Source: Octopus sinensis
Lineage: Eukaryota
Assembly: GCF_006345805.1 (NCBI RefSeq)
Contig: NC_043008.1
Coordinates: forward strand, 22,134,001 to 22,198,000
DNA: 64,000 nt
Reading direction: 5' to 3'
A program made the position numbers and the translations under genes. The notes beneath the pieces were generated by a model. That model searched no databases. It was given only the letters and a program-made list of their open reading frames with translations, and was not told where the DNA came from. Shown piece after piece: positions 11,901 through 25,545 of the stretch (positions within the stretch are counted from its first letter, which is position 1; every line of letters starts with the position of its first letter).

Positions 11901-12919
11901 GTGACCTTTGTGATATTTGTTCTGCACTGAGTTAAAAACACCTCCTTGTCATATGCACTAACAGAAATTCAGTACACTAGTGATTGGTCTACTGGAAGCC
12001 TGTAACTAAAAGCGATATACAATTAATTATTACAATATGTAATATAGTTGTTTTCCTAACAGAAAAAACCCTACAGCTAAAAAATTCCTTGATTGCATAT
12101 TCGTCTTTTTTTTCAGTTCTTGCATATATTACTTTACAAAATCTAATAATATACTTTTCTTTTTTTCTTTTTTTATTCCAGTTATTCTTGAATATTAAAA
12201 AAAAAAAGGAAAACAAGCTTCTCGACACGTGCTAAGATTTGGTAAGTATACTGGAATTCTAAGAATATTTCTAAATTAACCATGCCATGACCATATTCAG
12301 TAGAAATTTTCTGACTATTGGGTTCAATTAATTTGAAAATAATCAAGTATTTTGCAAAAATATCTTTAAAATAGCCAATTTTGTCACTATTACCCTGGAG
12401 TCTGGAATATAACTTACCCAAAGCTCCTAATGTAGAATTATGATAGAAAATGTAAATTTTAATACGAAGAAGCATATTTTGTCATACTGGTTTCACATTT
12501 TGGCACAAAGCCAGTAACTTTTTGGTGGGTAAGTTGATTCCATTGATCTCAGTGGTCAACTGGTACTTATTTTATCATCACTCCAAGGATGAAAGGTAAA
12601 GTCGACAACAGCAGAATTTGAACTCAGAACATAGAGATGAAACAGGGATTCTAGGGAGCAGATTTGTATAAAAGATAAAATTAGAGACAAACTGTAGTAG
12701 TAAGGATGAATTCTAAAACTCATGGTGCCAGAGAGGGACAAGCATCATTGTAAATAAAGATTTGATGCTGCCCACCAGGAGAAAAATCCATCTGGAAGAG
12801 TCCAAATTTTTCTTTGTAAGTTTCACTCAAAAGAAGAGTTAAAATGCAGGTTGTAAGTTGACATTACAGCAAAATGTTTGCAAAATATCAACAAAAACAG
12901 TTTCCTTTCCAACCCTGAG

Positions 12920-13170
12920 ATTTCTGGTCCTGTACCTATTTCTTTACTACCCACAAGGGGCTAAACACAGAGGGGACAAACAAGGACAGACAAATGGATT
13001 AAGTCGATTATATCGACCCCAGTTTGTAACTGGCACTTAATTTATCAACCCCGAAAGGATGAAAGGTAAAGTCGACCTCGGCGGATTTTGAACTCAGAAC
13101 GTAACGGCAGACGAAATATCGCCAAGCATCTTGCCTGGCGTGCTAACGTTTCTGCCAGCTCGCCACCCTT
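12920..13170 (-). mobile_element. Meta-like SINE (family C), well preserved
   Basis: CCCCGAAAGGATGAAAGGTAAAGTCGACCTCGGCGGATTTTGAACTCAGAACG. Confidence 0.85.
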
Positions 13171-16100
13171 TCTGGTCTTGTACCACTACATGACATCTTG
13201 AGCAAAATGCTGTTTTCAGTAGTCTCAAATCAACCTGTACCTTCCAAGAGAAACTGGGTAAATGGAAATTGTATTGAAGCCTGTCTGGTGAATTTTGCCC
13301 ATAATTCAATAGCAAGGCCTTGTCGTTCACTGTGTCAAGTTATGTTAATTGGAAATTATGTTAAGGGAACATGTGTTTGTGAAATTCTCAGCTCCTTTCA
13401 ATCTAATTCAAAGAGCAGATAACTCAGTTCATTGAATAACTAAATCCTCATGATCAAAATCAATAGGGACTCGTCCATCCAGGCAAATAGCAACTCTCAG
13501 GAATTGTTCAATTTTAGTGCAATTGATTTGCACTTTGCTGTGAAGTGTCTTTTTACTGTTAAGTGGATTACATTATTTGAAATAAGAAATACATAATTTG
13601 AGGAAACTGATGGTAGCTTGTGTCAGAAAATGTTACAGTGGGATAAACATAATTTTGGATAACTTCATGTCTTCCTTTTTCACACACTCGCACACAAAAC
13701 AGGCTTCTTTCAGTTTCTGTCTTCCAAATCCATTGACAAAGTTTTTGTCAGTCCAAGGCTATGGCAGAAGACACATGCCCAAGGTGCCACGCAGTGAGAC
13801 TGAACCTGGAACCCTGTGGCTGAGAATCAAGCTTCTTAACCGTATTGCCATGCCTGCACCTATAAATTTAAACTGGAAACTCGTCCTGAATTTTTGCAAC
13901 AGAAAGGAAGCAGTGAAAAGCAACTCAAGGCCAAAGGATAACAAACCATTTCAGAGAGTAAATCAAACACCCATACACAAGAATGGTTCCTCCAACAATC
14001 TTCCACCGTTTCCTGTTTACCAAAATTCACTTACAAGCCCTGGCCATAATACAAAAAGAAAATCAAAAAAAAAAAAATGCAATTGACAAAACTGCTGCAA
14101 GGTGGGATTGAGCCAAGAACAGCATAGACACATATTGTACATCTTACCTACTGAACCTTCATTTATAGCTAACACTCAACTTATTAAATTTAAGACTTGC
14201 TACATATGAATCCAATTACCTTCTCCAAAGATAATAATGAATTTTGATAACTGGCGGAAATTTTGCCCAACAACAAACAAGTCAAGTGCTTTACATAGAA
14301 GCTATTTCTTTAATTAAATTGTGTGATTCCAACCCGAAAGACGAAAGAAAATCTGTTGATGGAAATTCAACTGCTAAACTGAAATGAGATGCGCTTTAAT
14401 GAGTAAACTTTGAAAATCAATAAACTGGCAAACATAAGTTATTATATTTCCATTTTCTGTTTTCTGTTTATGTTTATATTTATATTTATGTGTGCATTTA
14501 TTTTTAAAGCCAAGTCTTAACACATATTAAAATTCCTTGTGTAAAGCAAGTGAAATTGTTATTAATTTAAAGAATGGGTAAGATTCTTCAAAGAACAAGT
14601 GCACGTATTAAATATAGGTGTGTTTGTGTGTGGGCGTGTGTATACATATATACATATATGCATGTTTATCATCAACATCATCATCAGCATTATCATCTTC
14701 CTCCTCATCATCATCAGCAGCAGCAGCAGCCACGGCAGCATCATTTAATGCTCATTTTCCATGTTGGTATGGGTTGGATTGTTTGACAGGAGCTGGCAAA
14801 TCAGAAGACAGCCCTAAACTCAACCATCTGCTACGGCTAAATGCTGTAATGCTGACCGATCTGCAGGGTGTATCTGGGTGCTTTTTCTGTGGCACCAGCC
14901 CCAGTGAGGTCACCAAGTAACTTGCAAGGAGTGACCCCCTCAGCTGAGAGTGGTGTAGCATCGATGGAGGTGGTTTTGTGGAAGGTGGTGAGAGGTTTGA
15001 GTATGAGTAAAGGGACAGAAATAGGTGGCTATCAGTAGAGGGGTACACTCAAATTAAAGGGAGCTAAGTGAGATGGAACCAAGGATTGGATAGGATGGGA
15101 GGGCAGGTGGGTGGGTTCATGAAGCTGTGAAGGGAGAGTGGGGAATGGAAGACAAGGAATGTAGTGAGCCAGCACAAATACAAGGAGGTGGAGTTAGAAG
15201 GATGTATTGTAGATACATATGTACACAAATATATATCATCATCATCATCGTTTAACGTCCGCTTTCCATGCTAGAATGGGTTGGACGATTTTGGCTGAGG
15301 GCACCAGGCTCCAATCTTGATCTGGCAGAGTTTCTACAGCTGGATGCCCTTCCTAATGCCAACCACTCCAAGAGTGTATCATATATATAGATATATATAG
15401 GAGGTATCATGAAAGGCCTTATTGGAGGCCCAACCTTCTGAGTTCTTTTGCAGGGCCTAGTAAAACTGAAGGGACCACTGTAATAAGTGAGGGAATCTGA
15501 GGAGTGAATATTTTGAATAAAATCATAATTGACTGATCCTCTCGTATTTTCTTTTACCCAAAGCCAGGAGCTTTTCAGCAACTTCTCATATGTACTTAGA
15601 AATACATACATACATACATACATACATACATACATACATACATACATACATACATACATACATACATACATACATACATACATACATACATGCATACACA
15701 TGCATACATTGTATATAGTCTCTGTTAAGTTAAAATATTTTGTGGTCGGTGGAGCTCTGTTGCATGATATTTAGGTTGTAAAGTAAGTTATGATGGAAGA
15801 TTTTTATTGATTAAATTTGGAGTTGTTTCATTGTTCCGAATTCACTCATGCATGTAGGATTTTGTAAACAGGTGTGTCTATTCAGCTTCAGGCTTGCAGT
15901 TGTATTTTACATGTTTACAAAAGAATATACACATGTAAGAATATCAGTTGATTAGCAGATGTGTCACATGGTTTATTTGTTCTTGGTTTTACTTTGACAC
16001 TAATGAGAGATTTGATCTCTTGTTTTAGGAATGTAGAGGTTTTGGTTCAGTGATCAGTTCAGCATTTAAACCTCTCTAATTAGATGTTTTTTGTTTTTAT

Positions 16101-16526
16101 TTTGGGGCATCAGCTTTTAGGATATAGGGTTTTTAAGGATTCACAAAAGAATGTATGTAGGTGAGAGGTTAGTTGGTCAACAGATTTCTTTACCTGTTGA
16201 CATTAACCTGTTTGTTTTGGAAAGGTGGAGCTTATCACTCAAGCATATAAAACTCTGATTAGTTGTGTTGATTTAGTTGTGTCAACTTCAGGTTATGGTG
16301 TTGTTAGTAAAGATATTTGTTTATCTTGTGCTCTAATGTTTACCAAAGAATGTAGGTAGATGTGATGGTTAGATGGTTGGCAAATTTCTCACAATGAGTT
16401 AATGGTTCTAGATATTTGACTTCTATTCAGAAAATTTAACCTTTGTGTTTCAGGGAGATAGTGTTTCTGAGCTATGTTTTTATAAATATTCCTTCTATTC
16501 TATTTGAAGAATATATTATTTTGGAC

Positions 16527-16604
<78 letters not shown>

Positions 16605-16606
<2 letters not shown>

Positions 16607-16791
16607 TCTTTTATTCTTTTATTCTTTTGACTGCGGCCATACTGGAGCACCACCTTTAGTCGAACAAATCGATCCCAGGACTTATTCTTTGTTAGCCTAG
16701 TACTTATTCTATTGGTCTCTTTTGCTGAACTGCTAAGTTACGGGTACATAAACACACTAGCATCGATTGTCAAGCGATGTTGGGGGGGGGA

Positions 16792-16836
<45 letters not shown>

Positions 16837-16985
16837 ACACACACACACATATATCCACTCACAAAGTTTTGGTCAGCTCGAGGCTATAGTAGAAGACACT
16901 TGCCCAAGGTGCCACACAGTGGGACTGAACCCGGAACCATGTGGTTGGTAAGTAAGCTACTTACCACACAGCCACTTCTGCACCT
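16605..16985 (-). mobile_element. Full-length SINE-A
   Basis: Complete reverse-complement copy of family A. Other near-complete copies: 19642-20030(-), 28495-28917(-), 43966-44385(+), 54180-54593(-), 57276-57670(+). Confidence 0.9.
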
Positions 16986-17207
16986 ATATATATATATATC
17001 ACAAGGCTTTGGTCACCCTGAAGTTGTAATAGAAGACACTTGCCCAAGGTGCCAAGCAGTAGGACTGAACCCAGAACTATGTGGTTGGAAAGCAAGCCTC
17101 TTACCACACAGCCACACCTATATCTATACATATATATATAATGGGCTTCTTTTAATTTCCTTCAACCAAATTCACTCACAAGGCTTGCATATGTCTTTAT
17201 ATTTGTG

Positions 17208-17280
<73 letters not shown>

Positions 17281-18028
17281 CTCTTTCTTCCACTTTATAA
17301 CTTGTTATATTAGCACTATATGACGACCAGCATTACTCTGTTTATTATCCTATTATTAGCTGTTCACTAAAAAAAGAAAAGAAAAGAAAGAAAAGACTAA
17401 ATAAATATTAAAAAAAGACCAATTATATAAGCACCAAACTTAAAATAATTTCTGTAGTCAATTTGGTTCCTTAAAGACCCCTCATAACAGTGCCCCAGCA
17501 TGGCCTCAGTCCAATGCTCAAAATCACTAAAAGTGTTGTTCATTATTATTAAATGAAACTCATAACATAATATAAATGTTTACACTTATAAATAACAATA
17601 ACAATCTCTTAGAAACACTGGTAGCCGTTACAGTTAGTCATACAAAATTATTCTAATACTAATCTCATTGGTAGTAAATAATATTATACCTTTTGGGGGT
17701 TTTTTTTATGTTTTTGGTTAATATTCTATCAAACCATTTTCCCCCAATCATGTAACCAAATGAGAAAATGTGATGCAAATTGGATATAACCTCTGCTTTT
17801 TCTTATTTATATTTTTCAATAAAATATCTTATTAAATATTCAAATCTATCTGTTGTCATAGATTTATAACCTGGTCGCTGTTGTCCTGTTCTCTTGTATG
17901 TAATAAAGTGAAAATAATATGACATCTGTTAGGAGAGAATTAGTTTTACACTGTCTAGGAAATGACCAAAAATAATTCTACTAAGATACCAGTGGTTCTC
18001 GTTTATTTAGTACTTTAACCTTTTAATA

Positions 18029-18170
18029 CAATGCTTCTCAATCTGGGTCCACATGACCCTTGGGGTTTCAGATAAGATTTTGTTTTTAAAGTTTGCGAGC
18101 AACAAATTTGTTATGTTCTTACAAAACACGAAATATTTCAATAATTTTTTATACAATTCTTTATAATAAT
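18029..18170 (+). mobile_element. hAT-like MITE 5' fragment
   Basis: Begins CAATGCTTCTCAATCTGGGTCC, resembling CAGTG(C/G)TTCTCAA hAT termini; the other end was not found. Confidence 0.35.
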
Positions 18171-18281
18171 GGTTTCAAGTTTTGGCACAAGGCCAGCAAT
18201 TTTGGGGAAAGGGCTGAGTCAATGACATCAAGCCCAGTATGCAACTGGTATTTATTTTATCAACCCTAGATCATCATTTGA

Positions 18282-18960
18282 GGTGATCAATGCCAGTGCC
18301 ACCTGACTGGCTCCCATGCCGGTGGCACATAAAAAGCATCATTCGAGCATGGTCAATGCCAGTGCCACCTGACTGGCTCCCATGTTGGTGGCACATAAAA
18401 AGCACCATTTGAGCATGGTCGATGCCTGTGCCACCTGACTGGTTCCCATGCTAGTGGCATGTAAAAAGCACCATTCAAGCATGGTCGATGCCTGTGCCAC
18501 CTGACTGGCTCCCATGTTGGTGGCACATAAAAAGCACCATTTGAGCATGGTCGATGCCTGTGCCACCTGACTGGTTCCCATGCTAGTGGCATGTAAAAAG
18601 CACCATTCAAATGTGATCGATGCCAGTGCCACCTGACTGGCTCCCATGGTGGTGACATGTAAAAAGCACCATTCAAATGTGATCGATGCCAGTGCCACCT
18701 TGACTCGCTCCTATGCTGGTGGCACGTAAAAAGCACCATTCAAGCATGCTCGATGCCTTTGCAGCCTGACTGGTCCCCATGCTGGTGGCACATAAAAAAC
18801 ACCCACTTCACTCTCAGAGAAGTTGGCATTAGGAAATGCATCCAGTTGTAGAAACCTTGTCAGATGAGATTGGAGCCTGATGCAGCCTCCTGGCTTGCCA
18901 GTCCTCAGTCAAACCATCAAACTCATGCCATCTTGGAAAGCAGACATTAAATGATGATGA
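18282..18960 (+). repeat. Eight 66-bp tandem units inside a family-B (GAT)n-tailed element
   Basis: Unit starts at 18348, 18414, 18480, 18546, 18612, 18678, 18745; runs into GTTGGCATTAGGAAATGCATCCAG...AAATGATGATGA. Confidence 0.9.
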
Positions 18961-19194
18961 GGAGGAGGAGGAGGAGGAGGTGGACGATGATGATGGTGGA
19001 AGGATGAAATGCAAAGAACATAAAGATGGAGGAAATGCTGCTAAGCATGTTGCCCAGCATCCTAACAATTCTGCTTTATAATTCCTAATAACATTTAATT
19101 GCAAAAATATAATAGGCTTTTTTTTAAATATGGGGCTCCAGTAGAGTGAAATAGGAATGTAAAGGGTTCCACAGATAAAAAAATGGTTCAGAAC

Positions 19195-19227
19195 CTCAAG
19201 TGGTGGTGGTGGTAGTGGTGGTGGTGG

Positions 19228-19258
<31 letters not shown>

Positions 19259-19340
19259 GGTGGTGGTGGTGGTGGTGATGATAGTGGAGTGGTGGTGGTG
19301 GTGATGATAGTGGTGGTGGTGGTGATGATGATGATGATGA
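19195..19340. repeat. (GGT)n/(GAT)n compound microsatellite
   Basis: Directly visible. Similar tracts at 22730-22880, 25350-25560, 27545-27730, 33997-34230 and 61270-61480. Confidence 0.95.
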
Positions 19341-20768
19341 TTAACATTTGGTGGGGGTTATTCAAGTGCATCAATTTTTCTGTGGCAACATTTCTGACAC
19401 TTCTCTGCAGAATCATAGCTTGCCATTGTTCAGAAAGGACCAATGGGCCATGCTTTTGTGCTCTGCACAGGGAATTGAGAGCAAGTGAGCTTCTGCCATT
19501 TTCTCTCTCTCCTTCTCCTTTCCAGAATTCTCTTTGTATCCAAACTTTGCTCAAAAAGTTGTCAATAGGGATGAGCAGAAGTAGATGCTGTACCATTTTG
19601 GTTTTATTCTCATTGTGCCTGTTGTTGTTGATGTGGCTTCTCTCTTTTTACTTGTTTCAGTCATTTGACTGTGGCCATGCTAGAGCACCACCTTTAGTGG
19701 AGCAAATCGACCACAGGACTTATTTTTGTAAGCCTAGTACTTATTCTATCAGCCTCTTTTGTCGAACTGCTAAGTTACAGGGACATAAACACACCAACAT
19801 TGGTTGGGGGGACAACACAGCCACACAAACATATACGCACACACATACATATATATATACATATATACGATGGGCTTCTTTTAGTTTCCGTCTACCAAAT
19901 CCACTCACAAGGCTTTGGTCAGCCCGAGGCTATAGTAGAAGACACTTGCCCAAGGTGCCACACAGTGGGACTGAACCAGGAACCATGTGGTTGGTAAGCA
20001 AGCTACTTACCACACAGCCACTCCAGCACCTGTTTGTTTCTCTTTGAATTCTTGACAGTGATGTTCTGCAAACTGTACCACTGTGGACCGAGAGGCACGA
20101 ATTTTATTGGTACAGGAGCACACATCATTATCAAACAGACTTATTGAGTCGGCCTATGATAAAAGACACACCAACTTTGACCATGCCATTTTGTTTATTT
20201 CAAGCATAGTTAATCTAAGACCACATTAGCCAACGTTTTCTGTGGGGGTTTTTATTTTCTTTGTTTGGGTTTTTTGTTTTCTGTTTCATGGCCATAGTGT
20301 GATTTGAGGGACATTTAATTGTTATTTCTACAAGATCAAGCAATAACATAGATGTACTTTAATGCCTTAGACACAATGCATTATTTTATTAACGAGACGA
20401 TTCCAGAAGAGTTAAATATTTCTTCCCATAAATCTACCAGACAGTCTACTTTTCACACCAACCATCTCCCCTTTGCAGCATCACCTGTCTGTCTGTTTGT
20501 CCCTCTCTGTCTATTACTTATAGAATGATTGTAAGATTTTGCTTATATGTCTGACAGTATGTCAAAAACTGTGTATTATTCTGCATTATGGATTAGAGAG
20601 AAATCTCTTGGCTTTAGCATTATTTTACAACTTTCATTTAGATTTCATTTACCATTCATTCGGAATTCTTGATTTATGGAGAAAAATACAAGCCTCATCT
20701 CACATCACACTAACGATGTGAATGGAACTGAAAGTTAGCTCTTATTGTTGTGGCTAATGTAGTTGTTT

Positions 20769-20803
<35 letters not shown>

Positions 20804-21299
20804 GGTGGTGGCAGCGATTTTGTTGTTGTTGTTGTGGTAGAGGTAGAAGAATTTTGTTGCTTGGCAATCTCTCAGATTAAAATTCGAAATCAATGGCTAC
20901 TTTTGCATGATTTCTTAAAGTTCTCCTTCCCATAATACGCATGCCCACACACACACAAACACACACACACACACCACACACAGATCAATAGAAAGATTAA
21001 CAGAGAGAGATAATGATAAAAATCTGTTGGTGGTCACAGAAGTAGCCAGTGTAGTACATTTGTACTTCTATCTATCTATGCATATGTAGATCTACGTATA
21101 GATAGACAGACAGACGGACGGACAGATAGAGAGCTAGATAAATGTATGTGTCTATTTATATATTATGAAGTATATACATGTATGTGTGTGTGTATAAGTA
21201 TGTGTGTGTGTGTGTGTGTATGCATGTGTAATTTATGATATACTCTATATCTTTCTATCTCTCTATCTGTCTTACTGTACTTACACAATCACACACACA

Positions 21300-21329
<30 letters not shown>

Positions 21330-21330
<1 letters not shown>

Positions 21331-21750
21331 CATCATCATCATCGTTTAACGTCTGCTTTCCATGCTAGCATGGGTTGGACGATTTGATTGAGGACTGGGG
21401 AACCAGGTGGCTGCACCAAGGCTCCAATCATGATCTGGCAGAGTTTATACAGCTGGATGCCCTCCCTAACACCAACCACTCCGAGAGTGTAGTAGGTTCT
21501 TTTATGTGCCACCAGCACAGGGGCCAGTCAGGCAGTACTGGCAACAGCCATGCTCAGATGGAGTTTGTTACGTGCCACCTGCACAGGAGCCAGTCCAGTG
21601 GCATTAGCAATGACCTCGCTCGAAAGTTTTCTTCATGTGCCACCAGCACAAGTGCCAGTAAGGCGATGCTGGCAATGACCATGCTCAAATGGTGCTTTTT
21701 ATGTGTCACCAGCCCGGAAGCCAGTTAACCACTCTGGCAACGATCATGCC
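21330..21750 (-). mobile_element. Family-B (GAT)n-tailed element
   Basis: CATCATCATCGTTTAACGTCTGCTTTCCATGCTAGCATGGG...CAGCTGGATGCCCT. Other copies at 14705-14930, 15235-15380, 23455-23715, 24255-24525, 29090-29340, 33720-34000, 55545-55705, 59985-60175, 63130-63520 and 63555-63690. Confidence 0.85.
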
Positions 21751-22722
21751 CACCCACAACTACAATGCTATAATTTAATTTTAGTGGTTCGGCAAAAGAG
21801 GCTGATAGAATAAGTACTAGGCTTACAAAGAATAAGTCCTGGAGTCGATTTGCTCGACTAAAGGTGGTGCTCCAGCATGGCCGTAGTCAAATGACTGAAA
21901 CAATTAAAGAGTTAAAGAGAGTATACAAAATTGTCTTTTATATGCACAAAGGCTGAATAATTTTTTTAAACACACCTCATATATATTATATACGCATGTG
22001 TGTGTGTGTGTGTGTGTGTGTGTGAGCATATATATATACATAAACATAAATACATACACACACATACACATACATACACACACACACACACATATATATA
22101 CAACAGGTTTCTTTCCATCAACCATAATCTACTGATAATGCTCTAATTGGCCCATGGTGAAAGCAGAAAATTCTCGTTCAAGTTGCCCCTTAGTGGGACT
22201 GAACCAAGAACCATGCACTTAGGAAGCAAACTTCTTACCACACAGCCACCAAGTGAATAATATATGCACTCATTTTATATATAAGTGAATAATAAAAAAC
22301 ACACTCACTTAAGTCAAAATAATCAGAATAAAGCAGAGATGACTTATAGAAGTAAATAGTATCTGATTTTGAATTTTAATAATTAAATTTACTTTATCAA
22401 TTTACATTAGCATTCCAAATATTTGAACAAAATTGATGTTGAAATAATTACAAAGAAAAACTATATTAATTCCACCAGTTTTATATTTTATTTCAACAGA
22501 TTACAAAGAAAATTTCAAGTGTCAAAAGGTTTTGGTAGTTCCGCTGAAATTGTATTTCGTTTTATTGGAATTTGCATAACTGTTTTGTTAATTTAAATTG
22601 TATTATATATATATTAATTACACCAGTAACATGAAAGGTTAAGACAGAAGGTTAACTTTTACATTGTTCTTTGTAAGTGTACTTATAGATTTGTTTAGAA
22701 TATGTGAGAGGAAACATGACGG

Positions 22723-22762
<40 letters not shown>

Positions 22763-22836
22763 TCCATCATCATCATAGTCGTCACTGTCATCATCATCAT
22801 CCTCAACTTCAGCACCATCGTCATCAACAACTTCAC

Positions 22837-22869
<33 letters not shown>

Positions 22870-22892
22870 TATCACCATTATTATTGTCTCAA

Positions 22893-23280
22893 TGTGGAGG
22901 CGCAATGGCCCAGTGGTTAGGGCAGCGGACTCGCGGTCATAGGATCGCAGTTTCAATTCCCAGACCGGGCGTTGTGAGTGTTTATTGAGCGAAAACACCT
23001 AAAAGTTCCACGAGGCTCCGGCAGGGGATGGTGGTGATCCCTGCTGTACTCTTTCACCACAACTTTCTTTCACTCTTACTTCCTGTTTCTGTTGTACCTG
23101 TATTTCAAAGGGCCGGCCTTGTCACTCTCTGTGTCACGCTGAATATCCCCGAGAACTACGTTAAGGGTGCACGTATCTGTGGAGTGCTCAGCCACTTACA
23201 CGTTAATTTCACGAGCAGGCTGTTCCATTGATTCGGATCAACTGGAACCCTCGTCGTCGTAACCGACGGAGTGCTTCCAT
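22893..23280 (+). mobile_element. tRNA-derived SINE, family-D head with family-E tail
   Basis: TGGCCCAGTGGTTAGGGCAGCGGACTCG head; 3' part GGGCCGGCCTTGTCAC...GTAACCGACGGAGTGC shared with the CORE-like copy at 54770. Confidence 0.85.
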
Positions 23281-23962
23281 CCATTGTCTCAATAACAAAC
23301 AACATTGTCCTCATCAACTTCACCAATATCGTCATTGCCGGCATTGTCAATTTTGCTTTTCTCTGCTAACTTCTCTCTGATGGACATAGAGTGTGTCGTT
23401 TTTCTTGAAGCAACATTTTATGCCTGGATCCATTTCCTGTTACCAACAATCTTTCAAGCTAACATGGGCTGGACGATTTGAGTGAGGACTGGTGAACCAG
23501 ATGGCTGCACCAGGCTCCAATCATGATCTGGCAGAGTTTCTACAGCTGGATGTCCTTCCTAGTGCCAACCACTCCGAGAGTGTAGTGGGTGCTTTTATGT
23601 GTCACCGGCACAAGGGCCAGTTTGGTGGTACTGGCAACAGTCACGTTCAAATGGTGTTTTTATGTGCCACCTGCACAGGAGCCAGTCCAGTGGCATTGGC
23701 AACGACCTTGCTCGAATGTCTTGTCTGAACCGATGTACATGTAAATTCATCTCAGTTCAGAACCAAACTATTTTTCCTTCATTCAGAAAGAATGGAGCTG
23801 TACCTGAAGGCATCTAATTTGTGCTTCTTTTGTTAAGAAATCGGGATATGTGCTCAGGGAAAGAACTGGTTGCTATTTCTAGTATGCTGGGTGATTCTGC
23901 AGAGGCTGTTTCATTGACACATGATAAAAAAAATTGTTGCTATTGTTGTTTTTGCTGTTTAA

Positions 23963-24143
23963 TCCTTTCGTTACTGTATTTATTTTGAGATGCTCTGTGG
24001 TTCTTTCAATTGCTTTAAATATAACAAAAAATTTAGTAAAATAACTTAGTTATCATTCAGTGAGAGTAAGTTACATAAATTGTGACTAAGGTTTGGTGGA
24101 AGATTTTAATTCCAAACTTATTGAAACAAGACATTTGTAAGGG
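23963..24143 (+). mobile_element. piggyBac-like MITE flanked by TTAA
   Basis: TTAA|TCCTTTCGTTAC ... GTAAGGG|TTAA; homologous fragment on the minus strand at 47545-47661. Confidence 0.5.
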
Positions 24144-25492
24144 TTAATCCCAAATCAGCCATCAGAAGACCTGCAATGAAAAGCACTCCATCCTTGACCC
24201 TCCCATTTCTCCCCCTTAAAACAGTAGTATGTCAAAAACTATCACCATCCAAACATGGCCGATGCCAGTGCCGCCTTGATTGGATTCTGTGCCAGTGACA
24301 TTTAAAAAGCACCAACTGATCCCCTGGCACCTGTGCCGGTGGTATGTAAAAAGCACCCACTACACTCACAGAGTGGTTGGCGATAGGAAGGGCATCCAGC
24401 TGTAGAAACACTGCCAGATAAGACTGGAGCCTGGTGCAGCCTCCTGGCTTCCCAGACCCCGGTTGAACCGTCCAACCTGGCTAGCACGGAAAACAGACAT
24501 TACAGGATGATGATGATGATGGTGATGTGCTCATCCTTTCTTAAGACAGTAGGATTCTATTTGAACGATATTTAACTGCTGTTTCTAGCAGAGCCAGTTA
24601 GTCACGTAGAGGCTCTTTCTTTTGGCATGTCATAAATCATGCTAATGAAGTTGATGTTAGAAGTAAAACGACACTTTTTAGCAGAGGCATTGCAAATATG
24701 GAAAACCATTTTGTATATTTTCTTTAATTTTCTTCACTGAATGTCATTATCAATCAGCTAGAAGAAAAGAAAGATTGAAAACAATAAAAATAAACGTGTG
24801 TGGAATTAATATAATAATCTTCGTTGTTTTTACCATTTTTTTTTGAGGATTTTAGAGCTTGCTTCTTTACCTTCAGTTAAATTATCTTTATTGAAAAACA
24901 AAACTCCTTACTGAAATAAGGATTAATGTACGCAAGAAAGTGTAAAATATTAATGAAATAAGATGTATAAAACAATTTATGTGTTTTGCGTGCAAAATTA
25001 TCTGAAGGTGATAAGAGATATCGCAATGACACCAATAAAGGAATATATATCTTTTTTGGGGTTTCTTGTATTATTTTCTCCTCATTTGTTTAAGGTAGCA
25101 AAAAACAAAAAAAAAACAAAAAAAAAACAGAAATTAAGAAAAATAAAAGACTGTCTTCGTATAATAGATGAATGATATGAAGTTACAATTTTCCATGGCA
25201 AGCACTTAGCAAAATGTAAATGTTGAAAACTTTACATCAATCATAATGGTGCAAACACAAGCTAAAGGAGTCGAATCCCTTGGAGCTTGCATCTTGCTCT
25301 ACAATCCTCACCAGGAAATCATATTTCATTATCATCATTGCTGTCGTCATCATCGTTGTCACCAGAGTATTGTTATTATCATCAGCATCATCAGCACCAT
25401 TATCATTGTCGTCGTCACCGTCATTGTTATCATCATCTTCCTCATTTTTAGCAATATCATTATTATTGTTGTTATTATTATTATTATCATCA

Positions 25493-25545
<53 letters not shown>

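Noticed and set aside
12182-12475. 97-aa non-repetitive minus-strand ORF
   Set aside because: No recognisable domain, TTG start, and it ends in a homopolymer tract.
13200-13560. Protein-like stretches here and at 33180-33460 and 58510-58900
   Set aside because: Frequent stops at about background rate and no recognisable family.
11146-14086. Recurrent ORFs containing GYSRRHLPKVPHSGTEPGTMW, including 13598-14086
   Set aside because: Antisense translation of the SINE-A head, recurring wherever the SINE occurs.
15700-16440. Possible Penelope GIY-YIG ORF remnant on the minus strand
   Set aside because: No frame yielded the GIY/YIG motifs; too degenerate to call.
18282-18800. CRISPR-like appearance of the 66-bp array
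   Set aside because: No unique spacers, no cas genes, and a eukaryotic context.
22893-22975. tRNA genes at SINE heads
   Set aside because: A and B boxes are present but no complete cloverleaf is evident, and each continues into a SINE body.
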